Below, in pieces: positions 20,958-31,192 of a DNA stretch of 64,000 nt (within the stretch, counting starts at the first letter, position 1; every line of letters begins with the position of its first letter). The stretch covers positions 1 to 64,000 of the forward strand of contig CAVTRN010000002.1 of assembly GCA_963737155.1 (NCBI GenBank), in the 5' to 3' direction. Source of the stretch: Nitrospirota bacterium. Its GTDB lineage: Bacteria; Nitrospirota; UBA9217. The translations under genes were made by a program, and so were the position numbers. The notes beneath the pieces were generated by a model. The model was not told where the DNA came from. It worked only from the letters and a program-made list of their open reading frames with translations, and searched no databases.

Positions 20958-22031
20958 ATGATCTATGACTATCAGCGGGTTGTCGAGCAATACAGGCGGG
21001 CTTACAAGAAGGGCTATTCGTTGCCGGAACTGGCGGATTTAACGAATGCTCCCGTACGCATGTTGCAGAGGATGATGAAGGGCATATGGCGAAACCGCGA
21101 GCCTGAGACTATCAAGGATGTGATGTCACTCTATAAACAGGGTGCATCGGTGGAGCAAATAGGGGAACTTGTCGGGATTAGCCAGCCTTCCGTTTCGAAC
21201 ATTATTCATGAATATCTGGAAGATCCAGCATTCAAGCGTGGATATTATGTTCCAGCAAAGGAGAGAATGGCAAAGAGCGTAGTATATATGCTCCCCTCAA
21301 AATCCCACCGAGGTGCTTTGAATCAGGCGAAAAAGCCCAAGCTATATGACTATGATGATGTCGTTGCTCAATATCGCAGCTTATTTGAAGAAGGGATGAC
21401 GATACGTGAACTGCATCTAAAAACCAACGCTCCGGTACGAACGCTCCAGTGCATGTTGAGGTGGGATGCCGCGACAAAAAAAGCAGAACGGGCGAAGAGG
21501 ATCGTGGAACTGGACCGGCAGGGTTCGACCCAGACGCAGATAGCTCGGACAGTCGGCATCTGCCAGTCCAGGGTTCATACGATTCTGAAGTCATTGGAAG
21601 AGGGGATTGATAACCTCAATTACAGAAATTACGATGCAATGATAAGAAGCGGGATATATAACAACCCTACGGCATTTCGTGACGCTCTATACAACGAAAG
21701 GGACGATAAGAGGCGGGATCGGATCCGGCAATTAAGAGAACTTCCCGACGTGAATAAAACAAACTATTCCAGTGTCGTCAGTGGCTGGCAAACCCTGGCT
21801 CACGCGTTACGTCTTATTTATGGTCATTTGAGGAAGCGTAAAGCATCCAAGGCACTTTCGCCGGCGCAATATTTTGAGCAAAAAATGGGCATTCCGATTA
21901 AACCGGTTAAAATATTGGTTCAAGCTTATCAAGAGATTGATAAAGGGACGGCAATCCTGACGCTTCCCCTGAAGGATGTAGACGACTTGATCGACCAGTA
22001 TTACTATACACGGGGGAGGCGTAAGAAATAA
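20958..22031 (+). CDS. multi-HTH DNA-binding protein with internal duplication
   Basis: Duplicated YDY..VV.QYR...G....EL...TNAPVR.LQ.M block and two HTHs (SVEQIGELVGISQPSVS, TQTQIARTVGICQSRVH). Confidence 0.75.
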   Translation: MIYDYQRVVEQYRRAYKKGYSLPELADLTNAPVRMLQRMMKGIWRNREPETIKDVMSLYKQGASVEQIGELVGISQPSVSNIIHEYLEDPAFKRGYYVPAKERMAKSVVYMLPSKSHRGALNQAKKPKLYDYDDVVAQYRSLFEEGMTIRELHLKTNAPVRTLQCMLRWDAATKKAERAKRIVELDRQGSTQTQIARTVGICQSRVHTILKSLEEGIDNLNYRNYDAMIRSGIYNNPTAFRDALYNERDDKRRDRIRQLRELPDVNKTNYSSVVSGWQTLAHALRLIYGHLRKRKASKALSPAQYFEQKMGIPIKPVKILVQAYQEIDKGTAILTLPLKDVDDLIDQYYYTRGRRKK

Positions 22032-22113
22032 CAGTGGGCGCTAAGGCATTCGGCAGTAAGAGAACCGTACTACCCGGGGCGGTTTCGCGTGGAAAAAATA
22101 TAGAGCATGCGGT

Positions 22114-22251
22114 CATTTCACACACCATTTCACACGCTATTTCCCATTTCACACGCAAAGTGTGAAACGGGAAAATTTATGGAGAAGAGGGGATGTGTGA
22201 AATGGCGTGTGAAATGGAAAATCCCTTCATTTTTTTTCCGCGTGTGAAATG
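22114..22251. repeat. cluster of direct and inverted CATTTCACAC repeats
   Basis: CATTTCACAC at 22114, 22126, 22145; GTGTGAAA(C/T)G at 22160, 22195, 22207, 22242. Confidence 0.85.
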
Positions 22252-22500
22252 GAAATTGATGAATATGGCTGGAATATCAACTACTTATCAAATTATTTTT
22301 TTTGATGCCCCTGGCGGAAAAAGGCATTTACAGAGACTACCCGAAGTGCTTTTGGACAGCACGCGCATTTCTGATGGGATCTTGTTCTTTATTTATACGA
22401 CCCCATGGTCCAACAATAATACGGAGTAAGCATCTGTAGACTAGGCTTCTCATAAGTGCTATAATCAGACCTATTAATAGCACCATTAAGGGGGTCTTCT

Positions 22501-22770
22501 ATGGGCATTAAATTTTCCGAAGACATTGTTCCGCTTAGCGACCTGAAGGTGAACCCCGGCAAGGTGGTTTCGCATGCTAATGAGACGCACCGGCCTATTT
22601 TACTCACGAGCAGGGGTCGCGGGGTAGCCGTTGTCCAATCACTCAAGGATTATGAAGAAGAAACGAAAGAGCGCGTCTTCATGCAGGGCGTGGTGAAGGG
22701 GCTGATGGACCTGGAAGAAGGCCGAGAACTGTCCCTGAGCGAGGCAAAAAAGCGCCTCGGTCTAAAATAG
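22501..22770 (+). CDS. Phd/YefM-family antitoxin
   Basis: IVPLSDLK...RPILLTSRGRGVAVV. Confidence 0.9.
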   Translation: MGIKFSEDIVPLSDLKVNPGKVVSHANETHRPILLTSRGRGVAVVQSLKDYEEETKERVFMQGVVKGLMDLEEGRELSLSEAKKRLGLK

Positions 22771-22774
22771 TCCC

Positions 22775-23074
22775 ATGGCGGAAAAAAATCAGATCTCGTT
22801 TGCTGCGTCCGCGGTGATGGACCTTGAGGACATGCAGGCGTATTATTCCGACGAAGGTGCGCTCGATGTTGGGAAAAGGCTTGCCGCAGAGATCATTTCC
22901 CGGGTTGAGCGGCTCCAAGCGCATCCGCTGAGCGGCCGTGTCGTACCCGAGTTCCATGTTGAACATCTGCGAGAGATCATTCACCCGCCTTTCCGAATCG
23001 TCTATCGGCACGATAAAAACAAAGTGCGCATTATCCGAATTTGGCGAAGTGAAAGAATGCTGAGAATACCATAA
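22775..23074 (+). CDS. RelE/ParE-family toxin
   Basis: AVMDLEDM...HPLSGRVVPE...LREIIHPPFRIVY. Confidence 0.9.
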   Translation: MAEKNQISFAASAVMDLEDMQAYYSDEGALDVGKRLAAEIISRVERLQAHPLSGRVVPEFHVEHLREIIHPPFRIVYRHDKNKVRIIRIWRSERMLRIP

Positions 23075-23425
23075 CATCCTGGCCGTTGCACAAAGAACTC
23101 CGGATTCCGTATTCTTATAAAAGACATTCTGAAGAACCGTTCACAGATGGTAAATAACAAGCTTCAGCCGGGAGTAGTCATTTAAAAAACCGTATCGATG
23201 CATAATCCTTCCCTTTTCAAATCTTACCGAAATGCAGGCTTCTTATAATCTTTCCTGACAAAAATTTCCGTCGCCTTTGCCGTTCTCCGAAGCGGATTTT
23301 CAAGAAATGGGAAACCTTTTTAAGGGGAATTCGGGCAGGGCTAGCTGTCCTGACAGAAATAACGGGCAAACGCGCCCGCGCTGACTTCTTGATAAGTCTG
23401 GCCAGCCCGGGCCGGACCCCTTCGG

Positions 23426-23446
23426 GTCGGGTTCATGACCCGAAGG
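23426..23446 (+). repeat. tRNA-fMet-derived site, copy A (anticodon arm only)
   Basis: GTCGGGTTCATGACCCGAAGG versus the typical tRNA-fMet GTCGGGCTCATAACCCGAAGG. Confidence 0.6.
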
Positions 23447-23504
23447 ATCCTTCGCGTAATCCACCTTAAGCGGTCCAAATGCCTTATCTCATCTGGTATT
23501 TTAT

Positions 23505-23533
23505 TTGACAACTGTCACGTGACGCGTTATAAT
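23505..23533 (+). promoter_or_regulatory. consensus sigma70 promoter of higBA with palindromic operator
   Basis: TTGACA-17 bp-TATAAT; the spacer contains GTCACGTGAC; the start codon is 7 nt downstream. Confidence 0.85.
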
Positions 23534-23540
23534 TTGCAAT

Positions 23541-23822
23541 GTGATAAAGACATTTTCTGATAAGCACACTTATGAGTTCTACGTGATCGGAAAATCCAAA
23601 CGTCTTCCGGCTGATTTACTGAAGCGTGCTATGCGGCGGCTGGAGTATATTAATCTTGCATCAACTGTAGATGACTTAAAGGTTCCTCCAAGCAACCGAC
23701 TTCATGCTTTGAAAGACGACCGTGAGGGTCAATACTCGATTTCAATCAACGACCAATGGCGCATTTGCTTTCGATTTAAAGACGGTGATGCTTACGATGT
23801 TGAAATAACCGATTATCATTGA
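23541..23822 (+). CDS. higB: HigB-family toxin
   Basis: MIKTFSDK...DLKVPPSNRLHALK.DREGQYSISINDQWRICF...VEITDYH. Confidence 0.92.
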   Translation: MIKTFSDKHTYEFYVIGKSKRLPADLLKRAMRRLEYINLASTVDDLKVPPSNRLHALKDDREGQYSISINDQWRICFRFKDGDAYDVEITDYH

Positions 23823-23832
23823 GAGGTGTATT

Positions 23833-24147
23833 ATGGCTGTCGCAAATACAGCTGTACGAATTGTAAAACCAACGCATCCGGGAGAAATGCTTCGTGAGGA
23901 TTTTATGCCTGATTACAGGCTTACCGCAACAAGTCTCGCCGAAGCTCTTGGCGTCTCCCGTCAAACGATCAATGAGATATTGCGTGAGCGCAGGGCTATT
24001 TCTCCGGCTATGGCACTGATGTTGTCTCGCCTTTTTGGCAACTCTCCTGAGTTCTGGCTCAATGCCCAGCGCACGGTGGACCTTTGGGAGGCAAAGAAGC
24101 ATCAGGAAAAGAAGCTTAGACGCATACAACCACTGACCGCTGCTTGA
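23833..24147 (+). CDS. higA: HigA-family antitoxin
   Basis: PTHPGEMLREDF...LAEALGVSRQTINEI...SPEFWLNAQ. Confidence 0.92.
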   Translation: MAVANTAVRIVKPTHPGEMLREDFMPDYRLTATSLAEALGVSRQTINEILRERRAISPAMALMLSRLFGNSPEFWLNAQRTVDLWEAKKHQEKKLRRIQPLTAA

Positions 24148-24233
24148 TACTCATTATTTTTTTGATCACCCACTTTCCCGACGACTGCGAGAACGAGTTC
24201 CTGCTGATCATACGAAGCCAAATTATAAAACTT

Positions 24234-24325
24234 TCAGGTTCATGACCCGAAGGGGTTGGAACGAGTTGCCAACTTTATCAAGGGATTACAGCATTTGCCG
24301 GAGCCCCTTTTTTTAACAGGACCGT
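24234..24325 (+). repeat. tRNA-fMet-derived att-like site, copy B (degenerate)
   Basis: GGTTCATGACCCGAAGG...CCAACTTTATCAAGGGATTACAGCATTTGC...CCCCTTTTTTTAACAGGAC. Confidence 0.7.
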
Positions 24326-24739
24326 ATCGGGATTGTCCCGCGGTTTAAGCCCTGACCTTCTGCTTAGCAGACCCTCATGACGGGCCCTCAAGCCCCTTCT
24401 GCTGGCCGGTCAACGCAGTTCTTCGCCCTGTTCCACCGCATAGCATATTCAAGTCCTGTAACCGGTAAAGTGTCGACTTTTCGCGCCCCCCATGACAGAT
24501 GACGGAAACAAGAGGCGAACAGTGACAATATTAATTATGGAAGACGCCGGCCGGAGTCATTAAAAAAGGAAATTCCGGATCTTTTATAAGGTTGACGGGC
24601 TGTTTCCCATGGCCACGCCCTCTGTGAGGTGCTCTGTCCAGGCCTCCAGGGTCAGGTGGGCAGGCCCGTTGTCTCTTGACTGAAGGGCGCGAACGGCATA
24701 TAATCAGAATATCAGAAATTCATATTTTCGGAGGTACCT

Positions 24740-25012
24740 ATGCCCACAGTCCGCATTCGTGAGCGCGGCCAGGTAACCATACCCTCTTCCTATCGGAAGG
24801 ACCTTGGCCTCGAAGAGAACGATTCCCTGAATGTGGTCAAGATCGATGAGATGCTCATCCTTACGCCGCGGAAACCCTTTGGCGACGCCGTGGCCAGGAA
24901 AGTCGAAGCCGGCATGAAGCACAAGGGGCTGACCCTCGACGACCTTCTGGACAATCTGAAAGAGCAGCGCAAAAGTTATACTCGTGAGGCCTATGGCAAA
25001 GTCAAAGCCTAA
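24740..25012 (+). CDS. AbrB/MazE-family antitoxin
   Basis: VRIRERGQVTIPSSYRKDLGL; TTGACT-17-TATAAT at 24676-24704. Confidence 0.9.
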   Translation: MPTVRIRERGQVTIPSSYRKDLGLEENDSLNVVKIDEMLILTPRKPFGDAVARKVEAGMKHKGLTLDDLLDNLKEQRKSYTREAYGKVKA

Positions 25013-25445
25013 AGTCTTTCTGGATACGAGCGCGCTCATCGCGGGGGTCGCCTCCTCAAAAGACGCAGCCCGCGAGGTCCTGCGTCTGGCGGAAATAGGG
25101 CTCATTGAGGCGATCGTGTCGCGCCAGGTGGTAGTAGAGGCCGACCGGAACATCACGGCGAAACTCCCTGAATGCCTCGATGACTTCCGTGCCTATGTGG
25201 AAACGCTTGCTCCAGTACTTATCGAAGACCCTTCTGCCAGAGACGTCAAACGGTTTTCCTTGCTTATCGATCCCGGCGATGCCCCGATCCTGGCTGCAGC
25301 GTCGGCGGCAAAGGCGGACTATCTCGTCACCTGGGACAGAAAGCATTTTATGACGAACGGGCCGCGGGCTCTCTCCCGTCCGAAAGTCATGACGCCGGGC
25401 GAGTTTCTGCAAGAATTCAGAACGTTGCTGAATGAGGGAGCATAA
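24993..25445 (+). CDS. PIN-domain (VapC-like) toxin
   Basis: VFLDTSALIA...DAPILAAA...ADYLVTWDRKHF. Confidence 0.9.
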   Translation: MAKSKPKVFLDTSALIAGVASSKDAAREVLRLAEIGLIEAIVSRQVVVEADRNITAKLPECLDDFRAYVETLAPVLIEDPSARDVKRFSLLIDPGDAPILAAASAAKADYLVTWDRKHFMTNGPRALSRPKVMTPGEFLQEFRTLLNEGA

Positions 25446-25719
25446 CATTGCTTCAGCTCTTATAAGAGAGACACTGTTTGCTTCATTTGCTGCTCCTCTT
25501 AGGAGCCATATTCGCGAACCCGATAGGGTAGCCCAATGTGTCCGGTCCGGACCGCCAGACGTATCAGGAAGTTGCCGCATGCGGAGGGGCCCCATTATTT
25601 TTATTAGGACGGAAGGCCCTGACCGGATTCCTCTCAAGGTTCGCTGAGGGAATATATCCAGTAGTAGAAAATGATAATGGATACTTGACTTATTCTTATG
25701 GATAGTATAGTATCCATGC

Positions 25720-26328
25720 ATGATCTTCCGCAACATACTAGAATCCGTCTTCGGCAGTCCTGCGAAAATCCGCATCCTTCGTGTTCTTTTTGCTTCTCCG
25801 CAACCCCTGAGCGGCAGGCAGGTAGGAGAGCTTGCGCGGCTCAGTCACCGGGGGGCAATTCAGGCGCTAGGCTCCCTAGTCGATCTCGGCGCGGTGCAGC
25901 AGCGGAGAGTCGGCAAAGCATATCAGTACTCCCTCGTGCGGAACAATGTGGCTGTTGAAAAGATCATTCTTCCTTGCATCCAGGCCGAAGCGTCTTTGAT
26001 CGATGGCCTCAAACTGGACATCAAAGCCCACTTTGGTCGAAATACAGTCAGTCTCACCCTCTATGGCAGTCTCGCTCGTGGCATGGGGAAAAAGGAGAGC
26101 GATATAGATGTTTTGGCAATTGCTCGGGATGGTAGAATAAAGACGCAACTAGAGGATAAGGCCGAGTCGCTTATTTCATTCTACCGGCAGCGTTATAATT
26201 CGCTCCTTTCCCTATATTGTCTTGCTCTTCCTGAACTGAAAGACAAAAAGACCTTGCCGTTGCTTCGGTCTATTCTGACGGAAGGCGTTACGATTTCGGG
26301 CAAACCACTTCGTGAATTATTGGCATGA
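25720..26328 (+). CDS. HTH + minimal nucleotidyltransferase (MNT) protein
   Basis: N-terminal HTH; LYGSLARG...SDIDVL. Confidence 0.88.
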   Translation: MIFRNILESVFGSPAKIRILRVLFASPQPLSGRQVGELARLSHRGAIQALGSLVDLGAVQQRRVGKAYQYSLVRNNVAVEKIILPCIQAEASLIDGLKLDIKAHFGRNTVSLTLYGSLARGMGKKESDIDVLAIARDGRIKTQLEDKAESLISFYRQRYNSLLSLYCLALPELKDKKTLPLLRSILTEGVTISGKPLRELLA

Positions 26329-26738
26329 CAAAAAAAAGGAAAACACGTTCTATCGACAAAAATGCGTATCGAGATTTCCTCGTCAAGGCGAAAGATTTTG
26401 CCTCCATGATGGATGTTTCGATTTCAGAGGGCAAATGGAACTCCGCTGGACTTCAGGCCGTTCATACCGTGATCTCCGCCAGCGACGCCGTGATCGCGTA
26501 CTACGGCGGGGTGAGGAACATCGAACTAGACCACAGGGAAGTTGTTGGCTTACTTCACGACATCGTAGGCGAGTCTGCGGCGGCAGCGGCAGCGGGCAGG
26601 CACGTTTCGCGGGTTATTGCAAAAAAGAATCTTGTTGAATATGAGGGCAGATCCATCACACAGTCAGACGCAAAGGAAATGGTGGAACACGCCAAGCGAT
26701 TTATTGAATGGGCGGTTGGGAACCTGCCGCATGAATAG
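26325..26738 (+). CDS. HEPN-domain protein
   Basis: WNSAGLQAVHTVISASDA...KNLVEYE; overlaps the MNT stop codon. Confidence 0.8.
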   Translation: MTKKRKTRSIDKNAYRDFLVKAKDFASMMDVSISEGKWNSAGLQAVHTVISASDAVIAYYGGVRNIELDHREVVGLLHDIVGESAAAAAAGRHVSRVIAKKNLVEYEGRSITQSDAKEMVEHAKRFIEWAVGNLPHE

Positions 26739-27022
26739 CTCTCCATCGTGAACCATTCGGGGGAAGTGCGTTTAACGCTCCTCACAGATGCACGTTAACC
26801 AGTAGTTTTTGCCTTTGTCACAAACTTGACACTACAACCTTGTTGAGCTCAACATTAGAAAACGGGCGAATACTTTACTTCGAGTTGAAAGTCACAAGTG
26901 CTAATATGCTTTCTATCCTGGAAACGAAGTATGAAAGAGCCCATAGGGTCTACAATCCGAAGGATTATGCACTGAACAATGAGGCCGGTGAGCTTTTATT
27001 TCCGACTGTTGCAAACAACCGG

Positions 27023-27262
27023 CTAAGCACTCTTTTGATGGCGAGAAGAGTACCAATCGACAAGCTGACGTATCATTTTTTGATATGATGTGTGATGCCT
27101 CTTGGCCTCTTTCTTAAAGAATTCAACACTCGACTTTTTTAGAGCAAGCGTTACCTTGACATTGTCTTCTCGAAGTGCCAACTGATCCGGTGATGGCAGA
27201 AAATCGTTTATCACTTTCAATTTACCCATCGGCTCATCGGTGTATTTAATTTTGTTCTTCAT
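27023..27262 (-). CDS. BrnA/CopG-type antitoxin
   Basis: MKNKIKYTDEP...DFLPSPDQL...KVTLAL...YQKMIRQLVD. Confidence 0.8.
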   Translation of the reverse strand: MKNKIKYTDEPMGKLKVINDFLPSPDQLALREDNVKVTLALKKSSVEFFKKEAKRHHTSYQKMIRQLVDWYSSRHQKSA

Positions 27263-27523
27263 ATATTTTTCTTCCTTTCCTCCAATATCCAGCACCCTAT
27301 ATGCGGATAACACTTCCTCGAAACGTAAATCTAACAGTCATGATTCCTTGCCAACACGTCCGATGCAATAAAATCTATTCTCCGCGGCGCTATGCTCCAA
27401 GTCCTCCACGATGACACGGTGAGGGTCGAGAAAAGCATGTTGTGCAAGCGAAAAAGACACATTATGCTTTCTTTGATGTTCCTTGTCTTTTACCTCATCC
27501 CATGCAAAGTGGGTTTTCTTCAT
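27236..27523 (-). pseudogene. brnT: BrnT-family toxin, frameshifted
   Basis: FAWDEVKD...KHNVSF...EHSAAENRFYCIG; the C-terminal IMTVRFT...IRI..GAGYWRKG part lies in another frame. Confidence 0.75.
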
Positions 27524-27795
27524 TGCGTTATCTTATCACAAGAACGGCCTTATTGCAAAATTAATATATGGCAAGAAGTATGGTAAAATATATGGGAAGA
27601 ATAGGGCACTGCAAACGGCTGCTCGTGATATTTATAAGCGAGGAATCAATTATTTGCCTATTGGCGGCCGGTTTTCTAAGCCGAATGCCGGGTGTCCAAG
27701 GGAGAAAAAGCGTAAAATCTGATGAATCCCTTCAGAATGCCGGCGGTAGCCTAGGGGGAAATGCGCCAGGAAGCGAATACGAGATGAGTCACTTG

Positions 27796-27884
27796 GGTTT
27801 GTAACCAGGAGTCGTCGGTTCAAATCCGGCCCCCGCTACAAATCAATTCTTAGGGTTACGGCAGCTGCTGTAGCCCTTTTTTTA
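27796..27884 (+). repeat. tRNA-fMet-derived att-like site, copy C
   Basis: GTCGTCGGTTCAAATCCGGCCCCCGCTAC followed by hairpin AGGGTTACGGC...GCTGTAGCCCT and a T-run. Confidence 0.85.
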
Positions 27885-28310
27885 TCCCCCCTGTTAAACT
27901 GTTAGAAGGTGAGGAGGGGATACTGACTTCTTTTAATAAGAGAAATCAGATAGATGAAAGAGTAGCAGGTACGGTCTTTAGCGGAGACTGCCCGAGGGTA
28001 CGCCCCGCAGTTATTTTACCGAGCTGAGATTTGGGTTATTGGCAAAAAGATACTACTAAAAGCACCCATGTCATTCTTAAGTTTTCAGTTCAATATTCCC
28101 CTGGTGAGGATAACATAACAGTTCTGAAAAAAGATAATTTAAGTGCTATCCTTAAAAAGGAGATAATCTATCTCGCTTAAATTATTACGTAATTCGATGT
28201 ATCACATGGGAGGTTACTTTGATAGTTTATTGAGCAATGTTCTTGCCTACCATGCGTGAAGAGAAAGTTGTGCCGACTCAGGGGAGAAAAGGTGTTCATA
28301 ATAAAGCCAT

Positions 28311-30182
28311 ATGCATGAGATGATAGATACCGGAATAATGAAAAAACCACTTCGTATACTCCTTGTCTCTGATAACGTCGATGATAACGCACGAACAGTC
28401 CAGGAATTGAACAAAGAGTTTGTCGCGCAGGTGACCGAGATCAGAGACGAAGCAGGACTGGATAAAGCTCTGGATTCAGGTCCCTTCGATATCGTCATAA
28501 CTGATTACCACCCTGGACTACCTGTTCTGAAAAAAATGAAGTCACGCTATCCTGCATGTCCTGTAATCGAATGCACCACGAACGGAAGCGAAACAGTCGC
28601 GGCGGAGGCGATGAAAATCGGTGCACATGACTTTATTGTGAAATCTCCATCGCTCTGGGAGCAGATAAACGAGCTGGTACGATCTGCGCTTATAAAGGGA
28701 GCGGAGAGCCAGGCTCGCAGACGGGCGGAGGAAGCTCTCAAGGCAAGCGAGGAGAAGTATCGTCTTCTGTTCGAGACGGCGAGGGACGTTCTCATATTCC
28801 TGGACAGGGATGGCGACGTCGTTGATATCAACCCGCATGGAGAAAAGCTTCTCGGCTACTCACGCTCCGATTTGATGCGGCTAAACGCCATTAAGGAGCT
28901 AGTTATTCCGGAAGACCAGCATGTTGTCCGCAATCTGATCCAGAGGGCAATAGAAGGCCTGAATTCGACCTATGAGGTCCATTATCGAACGAAAGAAGGG
29001 AAGATCGTCTCTTTTGATGGAGTAACCGTTCCACTAACATCCTCAAATGGAGAATTTTTATCGACCTTCTGCACCCTGCGGGACATAACCGACCGAAAAC
29101 TTGTCGAAGAGAAGTTGCGCCAGAGTGAACACGACCTTGCAGAGGCGCAAAGGATGGCAGGGCTGGGCAACTGGAGATTTGACATCATGGCTAATACCGT
29201 GAGATGGTCGGAAGAGCTTTACCGGATTTTTGATGTCGAAAAGACAGAGTTTGGTGGCTTATATGAGTCTTTCCTAGACCGTGTTTATCCTGACGACAAG
29301 TCGCTGGTGCTAGAGAAGAACAGAATAGCCAGAGAAAAAGGAGAACCCTTCGAGGTCGAATATCGCATCGTGACACAAGCCGGTCAGCTGAAATATATAA
29401 GGGAGGTCGGATATGCTATAAAGGACGCCACGGGCAGGGTTGTTGGCTTGTTCGGAACCGCTCAGGACATCAGCATCCGCAAGAAGGTTGAGGAAGAGCT
29501 CCGCTCCTATCAGGATGCTCTCCGTGCCCTGGCCTCGGAACTGGCCATTGTCGAAGAGCGTGAGCGGCACCGTATCGCGACGGACTTGCATGACAATATC
29601 GGTCAGGCCCTGGCGATTGCGAATATAAAAATGGGGGCACTGAGGGAATATACGAAAGTCCCGGAGGTTACCGCTGCCGTGGATGAGATCCGCAGGCTCA
29701 TAGAGGATGCCATCGGATACACGAGGTCCCTCACCTTCGAACTGAGCCCGCCCATCCTGTACGAACTGGGCCTCATACCTGCCTTGTCATGGCTCGCGGA
29801 GCAGTTCCAAGACCAGCACGGCATCCCAATCGAGGTCAGTGACGACGAAAGACCAAAGCCTATGGACGAGGAAATGCAGATCACGCTTTTCAAGGTGGTG
29901 AAGGAATTATTGATGAACATTGTGAAGCATGCTAAGGCGCGAAAAGCGGTCATATCTCTCCACAGGGAGGCCGGATCGATACGGATCACAGTCGAGGACG
30001 ACGGCATGGGCTTCGATACCTCTGCTCTTAAGACCCCCAAGACCGGCGGGTTTGGCCTCTTCAACATCCGGGAGCAGCTCCACTTTATCGGGGGCAGCCT
30101 TGAGATTGATTCAGCGCCACTCAGCGGGACTAAGGTCACTATTGTTGCGCCCTGCTGCCTTGACGAGCCGGCAAGAACATGA
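28311..30182 (+). CDS. REC-PAS-PAS sensor histidine kinase (HisKA_3)
   Basis: ERHRIATDLHDNIGQ, NIVKHA, VEDDGMGF, GFGL. Confidence 0.92.
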   Translation: MHEMIDTGIMKKPLRILLVSDNVDDNARTVQELNKEFVAQVTEIRDEAGLDKALDSGPFDIVITDYHPGLPVLKKMKSRYPACPVIECTTNGSETVAAEAMKIGAHDFIVKSPSLWEQINELVRSALIKGAESQARRRAEEALKASEEKYRLLFETARDVLIFLDRDGDVVDINPHGEKLLGYSRSDLMRLNAIKELVIPEDQHVVRNLIQRAIEGLNSTYEVHYRTKEGKIVSFDGVTVPLTSSNGEFLSTFCTLRDITDRKLVEEKLRQSEHDLAEAQRMAGLGNWRFDIMANTVRWSEELYRIFDVEKTEFGGLYESFLDRVYPDDKSLVLEKNRIAREKGEPFEVEYRIVTQAGQLKYIREVGYAIKDATGRVVGLFGTAQDISIRKKVEEELRSYQDALRALASELAIVEERERHRIATDLHDNIGQALAIANIKMGALREYTKVPEVTAAVDEIRRLIEDAIGYTRSLTFELSPPILYELGLIPALSWLAEQFQDQHGIPIEVSDDERPKPMDEEMQITLFKVVKELLMNIVKHAKARKAVISLHREAGSIRITVEDDGMGFDTSALKTPKTGGFGLFNIREQLHFIGGSLEIDSAPLSGTKVTIVAPCCLDEPART

Positions 30183-30187
30183 GACCT

Positions 30188-30841
30188 ATGAAAATAAAAA
30201 TTCTACTGGCGGACGATCATAAGATCGTACGTGAAGGCTTGAGCACGCTCATCGAAAAGCAGAGCGATATGGAGGTCATGGCCGAGGTTGAGGATGGGCG
30301 TGCGGCGGTACATCTTGCCCGGAAGCTCTCACCGGATGTGGTTATCATGGACATCGGCATGCCAGGGCTGAATGGTATCGAGGCCACTCGCCAGATCTGC
30401 AGGGAACTCCCGGGTACTAAGGTTATTGCACTGTCCATGCATGCTGATAAGCGGTTTGTGATCGAAATGCTGAATGCCGGTGCAGAGGGCTATTTGCTGA
30501 AAAGTTCGGCTTTTGAGGAACTGGTACATGCCGTCCATGCCGTAATGGCGCAGAAATCATATGTGAGTCCGCCACTAGCTGGTATCCTGGTGAAGTACTC
30601 CCGTCGCCCTTTACCCAAAAAAGAATTCTCGGTTTTCTCCATTCTTACCAGACGGGAACGAGAAGTGCTTCAGCTTGTAGCTGAAGGGAACTGCACGAAG
30701 GAGATCGCCGACCGCCTCCATGTTAGCGTCAAGACTATCGAAACCCACCGCCTGCAGATCATGAAAAAATTGGAGATCTACAGCATCGCAGAATTGACCA
30801 AGTTCGCCATCCGGGAAGGCCTCACCTCAGTCAATGCTTGA
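30188..30841 (+). CDS. NarL/LuxR-family response regulator
   Basis: ILLADDH, MDIGMP, LTRREREVLQL...SVKTIETHR. Confidence 0.95.
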   Translation: MKIKILLADDHKIVREGLSTLIEKQSDMEVMAEVEDGRAAVHLARKLSPDVVIMDIGMPGLNGIEATRQICRELPGTKVIALSMHADKRFVIEMLNAGAEGYLLKSSAFEELVHAVHAVMAQKSYVSPPLAGILVKYSRRPLPKKEFSVFSILTRREREVLQLVAEGNCTKEIADRLHVSVKTIETHRLQIMKKLEIYSIAELTKFAIREGLTSVNA

Positions 30842-31192
30842 TCTTATGCTTGGATCCCCCGTCCCAGGGTCAGTTCCAAAAATCAGGGAATCCCCTATAG
30901 TTTTTCCTGCATGTCCCGCTAATATAAAGAATATCTTTTCATTCCTGAATGCGCTTCCTCTAGACATCTATATGATTGCATTATAATTCGTATTCCGCAG
31001 CTCATTTAACCAAGCGATGGTTGTAGGTGGGCTTCGGAGCGCAGTGTTCACGAGACAATTGACGGCTACCATTAGAAGTTTTCAGCCAAGCATGTATGCA
31101 GTATCTAATATTTAATAATATCGATCAGGCCACACATTGTGCGGTAAAAAGAGACTCTCTTTAAAGCGAAGGTTGGGTTCAGTGGAGATTAG

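Noticed and set aside
31013-31073. Possible riboswitch upstream of the hybrid kinase
   Set aside because: Some pairing (TGGTTGT/ACGGCTACCA), but no riboswitch consensus I can match; it needs an Rfam/Infernal search.
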